Origin: an uncultured Candidatus Saccharibacteria bacterium
GTDB lineage: Bacteria > Patescibacteriota > Saccharimonadia > Saccharimonadales > Saccharimonadaceae
Assembly: GCA_964619585.1 (NCBI GenBank)
Contig: CAZUCO010000003.1
Span: 11,304 to 75,303 of the forward strand
Reading direction: 5' to 3'
DNA: 64,000 nt
Each line of letters starts with the position of its first letter. Within the stretch, counting starts at the first letter, position 1. The notes below the pieces were generated by a model. The model ran no database searches. It was not told where the DNA came from and saw nothing but the letters and a program-made list of their open reading frames with translations. Positions 16,706 through 26,123 of this stretch are shown piece after piece. A program made the translations under genes and the position numbers.

Positions 16706-17308
16706 TTATTGCTGTCTGAATCGATCAGCAACAAAGTTCCAGTTGACGACATTCCACCATGCATTTACATAGTCATCCCGCTTGTTCTTGTAGTCAAGAT
16801 AATACGCATGCTCCCAGACATCCAGTCCGAGAAGCGGTGCGGGCTTAGCTTGCATAATCGGAGTATCCTGATTTGCTGTTGTAATAATCTCCATATCGGG
16901 CTGAAGCCAGCACCATCCGCTACCAAACACAGCCAAAGATTTTGATGTAAATTCATCAACAAAACTCTGAAAGCTGCCATACTTATCAGTGATCGCATCA
17001 GCAAGCTCCCCCGTAGGCTCGCCGCCGCCCTCGGGGCTCATCCATTGCCAGAATAGTGAATGATTATAGTGACCACCACCGTGGTTACGCACTGCCTGCT
17101 GAACATCGCTTGGAAGTGTGTCAATAGCGCCAAGTAGACTCTCTAGTGAACGCTCTTTAAGCGCTGGTGCCGCATCCATAGCAGCATTGAGCTTATCAAC
17201 ATACGTCTGATGATGCTTGCTGTGATGAAGTGTCATGATATCGGCACTGATATACTTCCCTAGTGCATCGTATCCATACTCAAGTGGCGGTAGTGTAAAT
17301 TGACTCAT
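16706..17308 (-). CDS. sodA: Fe/Mn superoxide dismutase
   Basis: LPPLEYGYDALGKYISADIMTLHHSKHHQTYV...DVWEHAYYLDYKNKR is a canonical Fe/Mn-SOD. Confidence 0.95.
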   Translation of the reverse strand: MSQFTLPPLEYGYDALGKYISADIMTLHHSKHHQTYVDKLNAAMDAAPALKERSLESLLGAIDTLPSDVQQAVRNHGGGHYNHSLFWQWMSPEGGGEPTGELADAITDKYGSFQSFVDEFTSKSLAVFGSGWCWLQPDMEIITTANQDTPIMQAKPAPLLGLDVWEHAYYLDYKNKRDDYVNAWWNVVNWNFVADRFRQQ

Positions 17309-17326
17309 AGAACCTTCTCCCTTCTA

Positions 17327-18400
17327 TTAGCTTCCTTGTTTTGGGATCTCAATATATTCTTGCACCTTATGCTCAGCTTTTATCTTCTGTAGTGCTGCAT
17401 TGAATTCAGATAGCCCCACCTTGATGTACTGGTAATTGACCTGTTGGTCATTTGCACCCAGTCGTTGTACGAAATAGTAGCCGTCACCAATTGTTGACAT
17501 AATCGCATCGGAAATCTGTCCATTCTTGAGAGTGAGAGCAGTCCGACTAAGCCCGTTATCATGGTTGTTTCGCGGCACCCAACCAGATGCACCGTATTCA
17601 ACCAGTTTGCCTTGCTTCTTAAACGCCGCAGCAACCTTTTCAAGAGAAACATTCTTTGCCTTCAGAGCGGTTGCGACTTCATCTTTGACAGCGCGAGCCT
17701 TAGTGTCCATTGCATATACTACTTTCTGACGAAGCAACGACTGGCCAAGAAGATGTCGCAGCTCATCTGAAGAATACCCAAGCACGCTCTCGGCTGACGC
17801 CTCGTAGACATCCTCGCTCACCTCGCCAGTTGAGGTCTTACGAATATCGTCGACTACGGACTGAATCTCCTGATCACTTACGGAGATCTTGAGGCTGCGA
17901 GCTTGCTTCTCGGCAAAGCCGTCGGCAATCAACTCGTCCATCACCTGACGTTTATAGAAATTAAGCTGTGTTGTTTCATCATTGCCATTGAGCCCAAGCT
18001 GACCTTGATTGCGAAGCCATTGCTCAGTACTTCGGTACCGCATCAGATAGTCGCTATATCTAAGCGTCTCGCCGTCTACTGAACCAACAGGAAGTGGCAA
18101 GACCTTTGTGATCCGATAAACAAATTCACTTGTGTTGTGTGCCTTGTATAGTTGCCACCAGCCAAGCGCAGTTGTCACGATCAACGCAACAACACCAATA
18201 ATAATCGCATTGATAACCAGTCTATGTCGTACATACTGATGTGGGTATTTAAACTTCCTACCGCCAGCAAGGATACGCTCCCTATGTTCGGCAACAGTTT
18301 CATTGGTAATCCGGGCTGGACTCTCCTGGGGCTGATCGGTGCTTTTACGCCTCTGCTGAATTTTCTTCTTGAGTTTCTTCATGTGTCCCTTGTTTATCAA
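17327..18400 (-). CDS. Membrane-anchored periplasmic-chaperone-like (SurA/PpiD N-domain-like) hypothetical protein
   Basis: Basic N-terminus, a single TM helix (LVINAIIIGVVALIVTTALGWW) and a helical extracytoplasmic region. The similarity call is weak. The start may be the Met at 18382. Confidence 0.3.
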   Translation of the reverse strand: MINKGHMKKLKKKIQQRRKSTDQPQESPARITNETVAEHRERILAGGRKFKYPHQYVRHRLVINAIIIGVVALIVTTALGWWQLYKAHNTSEFVYRITKVLPLPVGSVDGETLRYSDYLMRYRSTEQWLRNQGQLGLNGNDETTQLNFYKRQVMDELIADGFAEKQARSLKISVSDQEIQSVVDDIRKTSTGEVSEDVYEASAESVLGYSSDELRHLLGQSLLRQKVVYAMDTKARAVKDEVATALKAKNVSLEKVAAAFKKQGKLVEYGASGWVPRNNHDNGLSRTALTLKNGQISDAIMSTIGDGYYFVQRLGANDQQVNYQYIKVGLSEFNAALQKIKAEHKVQEYIEIPKQGS

Positions 18401-18920
18401 TTGCTTTTAACACTGCATCTTGGAGCATGTTGTATGTTTTATCTGGATGTTCTACTTTATGGATGACAAGATCACCTACAAATGTCTGGATAACGAGGGT
18501 ACCGTACCCAAAAATCTCTCCACTAAAACCAGGTATATTATAGCTTATGTTTTGGATTTTAGCGAGGCGAAGCTCCACGACATCCTTCCCAAAGAAGCCA
18601 CGCTGCGTCACTTGGCGTAGCCGCTCATCTGTCACAATATAAATAGTGAAATACCACATGATGAAGTGATAAGAGAAGATCAGCAGGCCAACTCCAAGCC
18701 CAATCAAAGGCAACAGAAAGAGCTCCATCTTGTCCTGCCACACAAGAGGCGGTATCGACAAGACAGCGAATGGGATCAGCAGACCATAAAAGCCCTTTCG
18801 CATTGCAATGATGTGGCGCCGGAAAATGAATAGTAGTTCCTCGCCCTCTCTTTGGCCATCAAACTCGCCCTCTGCTTCTCGTACCCTTTTTCGCATTGTG
18901 CTACTAGTATACAATATCAA
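18345..18920 (-). CDS. Membrane protein with a bacterial PH (YdbT/bPH_2-like) domain
   Basis: Two TM helices are followed by RLRQVTQRGFFGKDVVELRLAKIQNISYNIPGFSGEIFGYGTLVIQT, typical of DUF304/bPH_2. The 3' end overlaps the next ORF by 56 nt. Confidence 0.45.
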   Translation of the reverse strand: MILYTSSTMRKRVREAEGEFDGQREGEELLFIFRRHIIAMRKGFYGLLIPFAVLSIPPLVWQDKMELFLLPLIGLGVGLLIFSYHFIMWYFTIYIVTDERLRQVTQRGFFGKDVVELRLAKIQNISYNIPGFSGEIFGYGTLVIQTFVGDLVIHKVEHPDKTYNMLQDAVLKAIDKQGTHEETQEENSAEA

Positions 18921-18951
18921 GGTAAGGTCCGCTTTTTCTTACCTACAATAT

Positions 18952-19028
18952 GCCTCGGTAGCTCAATTGGATAGAGCAGTTCCGTCCTAAGGAAAAGGTT
19001 GCAGGTTCGACTCCTGCCCGGGGTACCA
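18952..19028 (+). tRNA. tRNA-Arg (CCU), CCA encoded
   Basis: GCCTCGG-TA-GCTC-AATTGGATA-GAGC-A-GTTCC-GTCCTAA-GGAAA-AGGTT-GCAGG-TTCGACT-CCTGC-CCGGGGT-A-CCA. The acceptor stem has two G:U pairs and there is a 27:43 mismatch. Confidence 0.8.
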
Positions 19029-19033
19029 AATAA

Positions 19034-19063
19034 ATAACTCCACGGTTACGTGGAGTTATTTTA
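19034..19063. terminator. Bidirectional terminator (tRNA-Arg / ndk)
   Basis: ATAACTCCACG-gtta-CGTGGAGTTAT followed by TTTT. Confidence 0.7.
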
Positions 19064-19076
19064 TCGTTAAACCCGA

Positions 19077-19586
19077 CTACCTCGTGAACTTCTCGTGAAG
19101 TGCCTCGTAGTCATATAGCTCACTGTCTGAGAACCAGTGACCAATCTCCTGCTCTGCCTCCTTTGGATCACCTGATGCATGGATGAGATTCGGAATCCCC
19201 TTACCTTCCGTGTCGGCGTAACCATAGCTCATATGACTGAAGTCACCACGGATCGTACCTGGTGCTGATGATTTCGGCTCTGTACTACCAACAAGTTTCC
19301 GGACAAGACTCACCGCTTCGACGCCCTCAAACACCATTGCAATAACTGGACCACCATTCATCATGTCGAGTGTGATATCAAAGATATGCTCACCTGCACG
19401 TGTCTTCAATTTACCGATTTCCTCGTAGTGCTTCTCGTAGTGGCCACGCTCTGGTGCAAGCATCTTGGTGCCAACTATCCTTAGTCCGACTTTCTCAAAG
19501 CGTGTCAGAATCTCACCAACCAAGCCGCGCTGCATAGCGTCAGGTTTAAACAATACTAAAGTCTGCTCGAGGTTTTGTTTGCTCAT
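19077..19586 (-). CDS. ndk: Nucleoside-diphosphate kinase
   Basis: LEQTLVLFKPDAMQRGLVGEILTRFEKVGLRIVG...NLIHASGD contains the active-site His. Confidence 0.9.
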   Translation of the reverse strand: MSKQNLEQTLVLFKPDAMQRGLVGEILTRFEKVGLRIVGTKMLAPERGHYEKHYEEIGKLKTRAGEHIFDITLDMMNGGPVIAMVFEGVEAVSLVRKLVGSTEPKSSAPGTIRGDFSHMSYGYADTEGKGIPNLIHASGDPKEAEQEIGHWFSDSELYDYEALHEKFTR

Positions 19587-19615
19587 AGTTCTCCTTAAAT
19601 TATCTCAGCTTCTTC

Positions 19616-20407
19616 TTACAATTGTACCAAAAGCCACACAGCGATAATAGCAGCCAGGATAACTCGGTACCAGCCAAAGACGGCTAGACCATGACGAGAG
19701 AGGAATTTCAGGAGAAAATGAACCGCAGCAATACCTGAAACAAACGCAGCGATATTGCCAACAATAAGATTGCCTGCATTTGCCGCAAGATAATCACCAT
19801 TTTCAAGGAACACCTTCAAAGTCACACCGGCCATGATTGGCAAGCTGGCGAGGAAGCTATATTCTGCAGCTTCTTTGGCGCCGAGCCCCATCAATCTACC
19901 AGTGATAATCGTGCTGCCCGAACGAGACACGCCAGGAATAAGAGCAACCATCTGGGCAATACCAATCGTCAGTGCTCGTGGAGCCGTCAATGCCTCACCG
20001 TCTCGAACTGCTGAACGCTTAGGCAACTTCTCAAGAACGATCATCAGAGCACCCACTAGTGCAAGAGTTACCATGACTACAGTTAAACTACCGAAGAATG
20101 GTGCCGTAGCAATAAAATCGGAGGCGATGAAACCAATAGCACCAGCTGGTACCGATGTGAGCAAAATGTTACGAGCGAGAGTATATTTTTTGTTCACGAA
20201 TATATCGCGGAGGATCTTTATGATACGTGGCCAAAAGTAAACAAGGAGAGCAAGGAAAGTACCGATATTAATAGCTTCGAGGAGTAGGTGGTCTGACTCA
20301 TATCCAAGTAGCTCTTGCGCAATCACAAGGTGGCCTGAACTACTGACTGGAATGAATTCAGTTAGGCCTTGGACAATGCCAAGAATAATCACTTCGATGA
20401 TATTCAT
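19616..20407 (-). CDS. uppP: Undecaprenyl-diphosphate phosphatase
   Basis: GIVQGLTEFIPVSSSGHL and PGVSRSGSTI are BacA/UppP motifs. There are eight hydrophobic segments. Confidence 0.9.
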   Translation of the reverse strand: MNIIEVIILGIVQGLTEFIPVSSSGHLVIAQELLGYESDHLLLEAINIGTFLALLVYFWPRIIKILRDIFVNKKYTLARNILLTSVPAGAIGFIASDFIATAPFFGSLTVVMVTLALVGALMIVLEKLPKRSAVRDGEALTAPRALTIGIAQMVALIPGVSRSGSTIITGRLMGLGAKEAAEYSFLASLPIMAGVTLKVFLENGDYLAANAGNLIVGNIAAFVSGIAAVHFLLKFLSRHGLAVFGWYRVILAAIIAVWLLVQL

Positions 20408-20441
20408 AGACCCATTGTAGCATTAGCCGTATACTAGAGGC

Positions 20442-21350
20442 ATGTATATGTCTGAGTTAATTCTCGATTTTGTCGAATCGCTCGAAGTCGAGGGTGGACG
20501 ATCGTCAAAAACGGCCGAAAATTATCGACTCTATCTTGAGCGCTTCACGCAATTCAGCGACGATATAAAGGTTGATAAAATTACTACGGAGGTCATCCGC
20601 CGCTATCGGCTATGGTTGAATCGTCATAAAAACAACAACGGTGAAACACTCTCAACCCTTACCCAAAGCTACCACTTGATCGCTCTGAGAGGGTTCCTGA
20701 AGTATCTTTCTGAACGTAACATCGAATCACTTTCGGCCGACAAGATCCATCTCCCAAAGGTAAGTCGCAAACAAGTTACCTTCCTCCATTTTGAAGAAGT
20801 ACAGCAACTTGTTGACGCCATCGACCTAAACACTGAAGAGGGCCTACGCGACCGTGCGATTGTCGAGCTACTCTTTTCGAGTGGCCTCCGTGTCTCAGAG
20901 CTCGTTAATCTTGACCGAGGTCATGTCAATACCAAGCGCCGGGAATTCATGGTACGTGGGAAAGGCCAAAAGGATCGCCCTGTCTTTGTGAGTGATGCCG
21001 CTGCAAAATGGGTCGAAGAATATCTAGCAAAACGAATCGACAACCTTCCACCACTTTTTCTAAGTTATAGTCGCAACAATATTGCGTCTCGTAGTGGAGA
21101 TTACCGTCGGCTCGGTGCTCGCAGCGTACAGCGTATGGTCAACAAGTACGCTCGTCTCGCCGGTATCACCAAACATGTTTCGCCACATACGATGCGTCAT
21201 AGTTTCGCAACTGATCTCCTCATGAATGGCGCCGATCTACGTAGTGTACAGTCTATGCTTGGGCACAGTAATATCTCGACGACACAAGTCTACACTCATG
21301 TCACTGATGAGCACCTCCGTGAAATACACGAGAAGTTTCATAGTAGCTAG
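20442..21350 (+). CDS. xerC: Tyrosine recombinase XerC/XerD family
   Basis: N-terminal SAM-like domain. The C-terminal catalytic residues are ...RVSEL..., HTMRHSFATDLL and LGHSNISTTQVYTHV. Confidence 0.8.
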   Translation: MYMSELILDFVESLEVEGGRSSKTAENYRLYLERFTQFSDDIKVDKITTEVIRRYRLWLNRHKNNNGETLSTLTQSYHLIALRGFLKYLSERNIESLSADKIHLPKVSRKQVTFLHFEEVQQLVDAIDLNTEEGLRDRAIVELLFSSGLRVSELVNLDRGHVNTKRREFMVRGKGQKDRPVFVSDAAAKWVEEYLAKRIDNLPPLFLSYSRNNIASRSGDYRRLGARSVQRMVNKYARLAGITKHVSPHTMRHSFATDLLMNGADLRSVQSMLGHSNISTTQVYTHVTDEHLREIHEKFHSS

Positions 21351-21353
21351 CTT

Positions 21354-22532
21354 CTAAGGTCGGCAACTATTGTTTGCTGTATAGCCACCAACATTTTTGG
21401 TGATAAAGAAGTTCTTGCACAGGTTACCATCAAGCGAGAGAGCAGCTTGAGGGCTTGTAATTGGTAGCCCTCCATCTGAGACGGAAACCCGAGCACGCAC
21501 CCGACGGAACTGATCACTCGCCCGCCCTGTAGAATCAACCATCGGTCGAATACCATCAAAGCTCACAACTCGCGTACCATTCAGTAGCTCCACCTTGTAA
21601 CTGCTATCATTGTAGAGTGCCTGAAGCTGCAGATATGCCTCACGATTTGCTTCACTACCACCTTCAGGGGTAGGGACATTGATCACCATTTGACAAGCGT
21701 ATTTACTGGCACCGTTAAACCAGTTATCGCTACACTGAGACGGAATAGAGCCTCCAGACTTAGTCTTACGACGATCATCAATCGAAAAGTCTGTGCCTGA
21801 TAAAGCCCCTGTTGCCGGATAGAGGAATAGCGTGCGAGCGTTAGTGGTCTCCTCCTTATCAAATTCTGCGAGTTTGAGATTTCCCTTCCTGAACTGAATA
21901 AGCTGCGTACGTAGCAAAGCAGGTGCTGTTGCCGGCCAGCCCGAAGGGGTATCATTCGGTAGCGAAGAGGCAGGACCAGCCGGAAGCGTAGGGGTTGTTG
22001 CACCTATACCTCCACTTCTGGTTAGATCATCCTTGCTAAACCATGAGATACGAATTTTATCGAATGCACCCTTTGATCTGAGAGGAATAGTCGCAGGTTC
22101 ATCGGTCGTTAGCTTACCATCTTGGTAGTCGGTATCCATCTGCACTTTGACACAGGTGTAGCCTTGATTACTATCTGGCGTACCGACCTGTACTTCGCCG
22201 TTGTCAAACTGAGCCACCTTCGCATCACCGAGCATAGTACATTTTTGCGTATCGTAGCTTTTATTGAACTCAGTTCGGAGAAGGTTACATTCAGCTGTAT
22301 TACTACTCTCAAGATCACAGGTCCTGAGTGCCACGAGACCACGCTTGGCATCTTCAACGCCCGCCATAGCAGCATCATAGGCACTCTGTGACAGGTCACT
22401 GTTGCTTGAAGCTTGAAGATTACGCATCATGATCTGTACAAAGCTTGCCGTCACAATAGTAACCAGGAGAGCCGTAAAGATAACTATGAAAAGTGAAACA
22501 ACTCCTCTTTCTCTACTACGTCGATCGCCCAT
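21354..22532 (-). CDS. PilX-like pilus-associated protein (last gene of the T4P cluster)
   Basis: The N-terminal hydrophobic helix VVSLFIVIFTALLVTIVTASFVQ is followed by SQSAYDAAMAGVEDAKRGL (a PilX_N-like motif) and then a large variable domain. Confidence 0.5.
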   Translation of the reverse strand: MGDRRSRERGVVSLFIVIFTALLVTIVTASFVQIMMRNLQASSNSDLSQSAYDAAMAGVEDAKRGLVALRTCDLESSNTAECNLLRTEFNKSYDTQKCTMLGDAKVAQFDNGEVQVGTPDSNQGYTCVKVQMDTDYQDGKLTTDEPATIPLRSKGAFDKIRISWFSKDDLTRSGGIGATTPTLPAGPASSLPNDTPSGWPATAPALLRTQLIQFRKGNLKLAEFDKEETTNARTLFLYPATGALSGTDFSIDDRRKTKSGGSIPSQCSDNWFNGASKYACQMVINVPTPEGGSEANREAYLQLQALYNDSSYKVELLNGTRVVSFDGIRPMVDSTGRASDQFRRVRARVSVSDGGLPITSPQAALSLDGNLCKNFFITKNVGGYTANNSCRP

Positions 22533-22534
22533 TG

Positions 22535-23239
22535 CTACTGCCCTCCATCATCTTTTTTACCCGCACGTGCCGTAAAACTAAAGTCGTTCACTGCACAACG
22601 CGTTTCATCAACATCAAGGCCAGGCTGACACCCTATTACACCACCTTGGTTCACACTGTTGGTTTCAGTGCCAACCCGTAAAGAGATACTGTACAGAGTT
22701 TGATCGCCAACAAGAGAGACGGCACCGTATGTTGAGGTGTGGATCGCGATGTCACCGACGCCTTCACCCAGTAGCTCACTCGCATCGGCAGGTATGGGTA
22801 AATATCTTCCCGACTGCTGATCGACTTCACAATACTTGCCAGCACCGGCGGCAAACTTCACAAAACGAATATCACTCTTGTTATTGCTTGCGTCTCCATC
22901 GCGCTGATTGATAGTAGCCCCAGGAGTCGAAGACTTGAGATATTTGCCATAATTCCACGCATAAACAGTTGCACCGACACACAGTCTTCCACCCGTTTGC
23001 TTCAGTACGGACAGCACTTCGTCCTTGTTCTTACCCGACTGGTTCAGCTCACGCTGAATATCACTACTGATTACCTGGCCGGCCCGATCAACTTCGCGCA
23101 GTGTCATCCCTTTGGTGTAGACATCGCCGATCTGAAAAATAAGCATGACAATCGCCAAGAGAAGAATCGATATAAATGTCATCGCAAGCGTCAGTTCAAC
23201 GATCGTAAAGCCCTGATCTTTATTATTACGATACGTCAT
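22535..23239 (-). CDS. Minor (pseudo)pilin with a prepilin-type N-terminal methylation motif
   Basis: KDQG/FTIVELTLAMTFISILLLAIV is a class III signal peptide with Glu at +5. Confidence 0.7.
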   Translation of the reverse strand: MTYRNNKDQGFTIVELTLAMTFISILLLAIVMLIFQIGDVYTKGMTLREVDRAGQVISSDIQRELNQSGKNKDEVLSVLKQTGGRLCVGATVYAWNYGKYLKSSTPGATINQRDGDASNNKSDIRFVKFAAGAGKYCEVDQQSGRYLPIPADASELLGEGVGDIAIHTSTYGAVSLVGDQTLYSISLRVGTETNSVNQGGVIGCQPGLDVDETRCAVNDFSFTARAGKKDDGGQ

Positions 23240-23819
23240 ATAACCTCACTACCGTCTCTATATGCGTAGGGACTCTATCCTCACCGGTACTCTGCCAACA
23301 TGCCCGAATTTTGAAATCATAGGCATTTGGTACAGTAGTACTCCCTGGAAGCGGTGAAATCTTTTCCCGCTCAATCCATAGCCCGTATACTGCTCCACCT
23401 TGGTACTGTGCGTAGACCGGAGCATTGCTATGGTCAATTGGCCGGATTTTGTCGCCAGAGAGTTGAGTTGCATCAGTTGGGTTCATAGCAAAAACCGGTT
23501 TGCTATTCAGGTCATCTGCTGTTGGACACTGTGTATCACTCACAGAGATAGTTCCTGTATTATTACCCCTGATCTTGACCCATTCCGTATCGGCTTGGTC
23601 AGAAGGTTTCACGGCTGTATATGCCTGGTGTACTGCCCTAAGCGCCTCCGCCTGAGCGTCAATTTGCTGACGCACCAGCGTGATCTCAAGAGAGCGCTGC
23701 GCACTGGCAACTCCTTGATTCATAATACCCATCGTTCCGACCGCGATCACACTAAAAACCGTCACTGCAAGTAGCACTTCGATCAATGTGTCCCCTCGCT
23801 GGATAGCTTTTCTTAACAT
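23226..23819 (-). CDS. Minor (pseudo)pilin, atypical cleavage motif
   Basis: IQRG/DTLIEVLLAVTVFSVIAVG has Glu at +5 but Asp at +1. Confidence 0.6.
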   Translation of the reverse strand: MLRKAIQRGDTLIEVLLAVTVFSVIAVGTMGIMNQGVASAQRSLEITLVRQQIDAQAEALRAVHQAYTAVKPSDQADTEWVKIRGNNTGTISVSDTQCPTADDLNSKPVFAMNPTDATQLSGDKIRPIDHSNAPVYAQYQGGAVYGLWIEREKISPLPGSTTVPNAYDFKIRACWQSTGEDRVPTHIETVVRLYDVS

Positions 23820-24601
23820 TTGTCGCTGTCTCCCAGTAACACTACTGCATTTTGGCTAGAGGCAAACTTCTTAATCTCTACCGCCTGACGCGACCCGCGT
23901 ATCGCAATCCCCGCGTCGAAACAAAGTGTTACATCCTGATTCTCCTTTGAAGGCTGCAGTAAGCTATCAGCCTGTGGGTTATCAGCTGCAATCGCGACAT
24001 TGGAACCACGAGCTGTATAAGTATGGACGGTACCATCCTCAGGAGAGCGTAGTATCAGAATCGACCGGTTGAGGAGAGTATCCCGTTCGCCGGTACCCCC
24101 AACAGCATCTTTTGTGCCCTTGATCGCTGTTTGCCATGGCACTTCTAGTTCATCCGAGGAAAGTCCAATGTTTTGGCGTACCACCTGTGGCCTGTATGCC
24201 TTAAAAGTAGTGATCGCATCGGCATTGTCAGCAAGCCCAGTCGGTTCAGTCCCGATCACGGCCCAGCTTGTAAAGTTACGACCCCCATCGAGCTGAACAT
24301 ATCGTCCTAGCAAGACGCAGTCTGTCTGGCCACGAGGTTCGCCGCCTGTGTTACCGGCAGTAATCTCTTGAGGTACGCCATTATTGCACGTAAAGTTGTT
24401 GGTGCGGCCGTTTTCAACGTTAAACACGAGATTGTACTGCTGTTGCAGAAACACATAGGTTGTATCGACACTGTCCTTGTAACGCTGCGTACTGATCATC
24501 ATCGACCAGCCAATAAGAAGGGTTGCAGCCAGCAAGCCAGAGATTGCTACAAACATGGTAACCTCGATGATTGTGAATCCTGACTTTTTATTCATGCCCA
24601 T
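23813..24601 (-). CDS. Minor (pseudo)pilin (FimT/GspH-like position)
   Basis: NKKSG/FTIIEVTMFVAISGLLAA is a class III signal. Confidence 0.7.
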   Translation of the reverse strand: MGMNKKSGFTIIEVTMFVAISGLLAATLLIGWSMMISTQRYKDSVDTTYVFLQQQYNLVFNVENGRTNNFTCNNGVPQEITAGNTGGEPRGQTDCVLLGRYVQLDGGRNFTSWAVIGTEPTGLADNADAITTFKAYRPQVVRQNIGLSSDELEVPWQTAIKGTKDAVGGTGERDTLLNRSILILRSPEDGTVHTYTARGSNVAIAADNPQADSLLQPSKENQDVTLCFDAGIAIRGSRQAVEIKKFASSQNAVVLLGDSDKC

Positions 24602-24611
24602 TTGGGGTCAA

Positions 24612-25517
24612 TTATAGCATAAGCATAGTAGTAGTGGCACCAGTAATTAGGCCGCTATACCAATCGAGGATAAATGTGCCGAAGAACAGAGACAGCCAGA
24701 AGCCAATAATCAGCAATGGACCAAAGGGTATCTGACTCTTTCTGGTGAGCCGTTTCGATATCAGCCCAGGTAGCACGATCAATGTACCGATAAGATTCGC
24801 CAAAAAAAGTGTCAAAAAGGCCAGCTGCCAGTCACCAAGCAGTAACCCAAGAGCAAGTCCTAGCTTGACGTCACCGAACCCAACCCATCTTCCCCTTGAG
24901 ACAAGCCATAACACCAAGTAAAGACCAGCTAGAATCGCAACCGCCCCTAAAGTCGAGACCGCGTACAGCGACGGATAAGACGACTGCGACCATTGAACAG
25001 CGCTTATAATTGCCGAGAGAACGATCACCGGCCACATCACCACATCGGGCAGCAAGAGCCATTTCAGATCATAGAAGAACAAAATAATCAGACCAAGTAG
25101 TGCAATGGCGAGGAGCCCAAGCAGCCAGAGGTCGGCAAAGCCATGTGTCATCACCCAGTTGTGATACAGGAGCAAGAACACAGTTGCCGTGACGATCTCT
25201 GTCAGCGGCTCAAACCAACCGATTGGTTGCTTGCAGTAACGGCATCTACCGCCAGTACTACACCAACTCACGAGTGGCAGCAGGTCATACCACTCGAGGG
25301 TGTGGCCGCAGGATAGACACCTCGAGCGATCTTTTGTCAGAGAATCTTTTGTCAGTGGTTTTAGCTTCTTGTACTCGATCTTCGGCACCGCTTCGCCCGC
25401 AGCTTTATCCTCTACTAGTTGCCTAGCACGCAGGCGCCAAACAGTTGCACCAGCAAAGGAACCAAGAAGTAGCCCCAAGACAATGCTGATGATATAGCCA
25501 ACCAATACGTAATCCAT
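24612..25517 (-). CDS. pilD: Prepilin peptidase (A24 family)
   Basis: Cys-rich cytoplasmic loop SRCLSCGHTLEWYDLLPLVSWCSTGGRCRYCKQPI, the GFGDVKL aspartyl motif and multiple TM helices. Confidence 0.85.
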   Translation of the reverse strand: MDYVLVGYIISIVLGLLLGSFAGATVWRLRARQLVEDKAAGEAVPKIEYKKLKPLTKDSLTKDRSRCLSCGHTLEWYDLLPLVSWCSTGGRCRYCKQPIGWFEPLTEIVTATVFLLLYHNWVMTHGFADLWLLGLLAIALLGLIILFFYDLKWLLLPDVVMWPVIVLSAIISAVQWSQSSYPSLYAVSTLGAVAILAGLYLVLWLVSRGRWVGFGDVKLGLALGLLLGDWQLAFLTLFLANLIGTLIVLPGLISKRLTRKSQIPFGPLLIIGFWLSLFFGTFILDWYSGLITGATTTMLML

Positions 25518-25541
25518 ATCTACACAGTATACAGCTTATGA

Positions 25542-25571
25542 CAAAAATACGGCGAGAGTTCGCCGTATTTT
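25542..25571 (-). terminator. Intrinsic terminator/attenuator directly after pilA
   Basis: Minus strand reads ATACGGCG-aactct-CGCCGTAT followed by TTTTTGT. Confidence 0.65.
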
Positions 25572-25593
25572 CTTGTCCTATATCGAATCAGGT

Positions 25594-26046
25594 TTACGCG
25601 TCTGTACAAACAATAGCGTTGTTGGCTTCGAGGCGGATATAGACCGCTGCGGCGCGTGTCGATGAGTCACCTGCACCATCAGCCTGGTTGCCAGATGGAC
25701 ATGCCCGTCCGAGTTGAACGCGGACCGTGTTAATATCAGGTGCTGTATAGGTAGTTGCGCCCAGAACATTATTAGTAACATCGTATTGACCAAGGTTCTT
25801 AATATAGTCAGTCTTAAACTGGTTAAAGACAGTTCCTGCAGTTGGCAACTGACCCCGTTTGTTACCACGATAGCTGTTAAGTCCTGAAGCTACGTTGCTT
25901 GCATCTTGCTTACGTGCATTGTCACGCTGACCACGCTGCAGCGCAGGCAGTGCGATAAAGATCATCAGAAAGATCAGTGCGGCAATCGCCAGCACAAGTA
26001 CCACCTCGATGATAGTAAAGCCGCTCTGTTTTTTATCTGTACTCAT
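25594..26046 (-). CDS. pilA: Major type IV pilin
   Basis: MSTDKKQSG/FTIIEVVLVLAIAALIFLMIFIALP. The SD AAGGTGGGA lies upstream of the ATG at 26046, so the track's GTG start at 26058 is rejected. The protein is about 150 aa with a C-terminal Cys pair. Confidence 0.8.
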   Translation of the reverse strand: MSTDKKQSGFTIIEVVLVLAIAALIFLMIFIALPALQRGQRDNARKQDASNVASGLNSYRGNKRGQLPTAGTVFNQFKTDYIKNLGQYDVTNNVLGATTYTAPDINTVRVQLGRACPSGNQADGAGDSSTRAAAVYIRLEANNAIVCTDA

Positions 26047-26094
26047 GGAATTTCCCACCTTTCTTACTGAGTCGTTACTGTTACGCTTACGGTT

Positions 26095-26123
26095 ATAATA
26101 CTCGCTTTGCTGCTGTATGTCTA
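26095..26123 (-). promoter_or_regulatory. Candidate internal promoter for pilA
   Basis: Minus strand reads TAGACA, 17 nt, TATTAT. The -35 element overlaps the pilC stop codon. Confidence 0.4.

Noticed and set aside
20442-21350. The tyrosine recombinase next to the end of the pilus cluster might mark the T4P locus or the high-GC cassettes as an integrative element.
   Set aside because: The sequence looks like a housekeeping XerC/D (SAM-like N-domain, canonical R..HxxR..Y). It is convergent with the pilus operon and 14 kb from the islands. I found no att-like repeats or tRNA-flanked boundaries.
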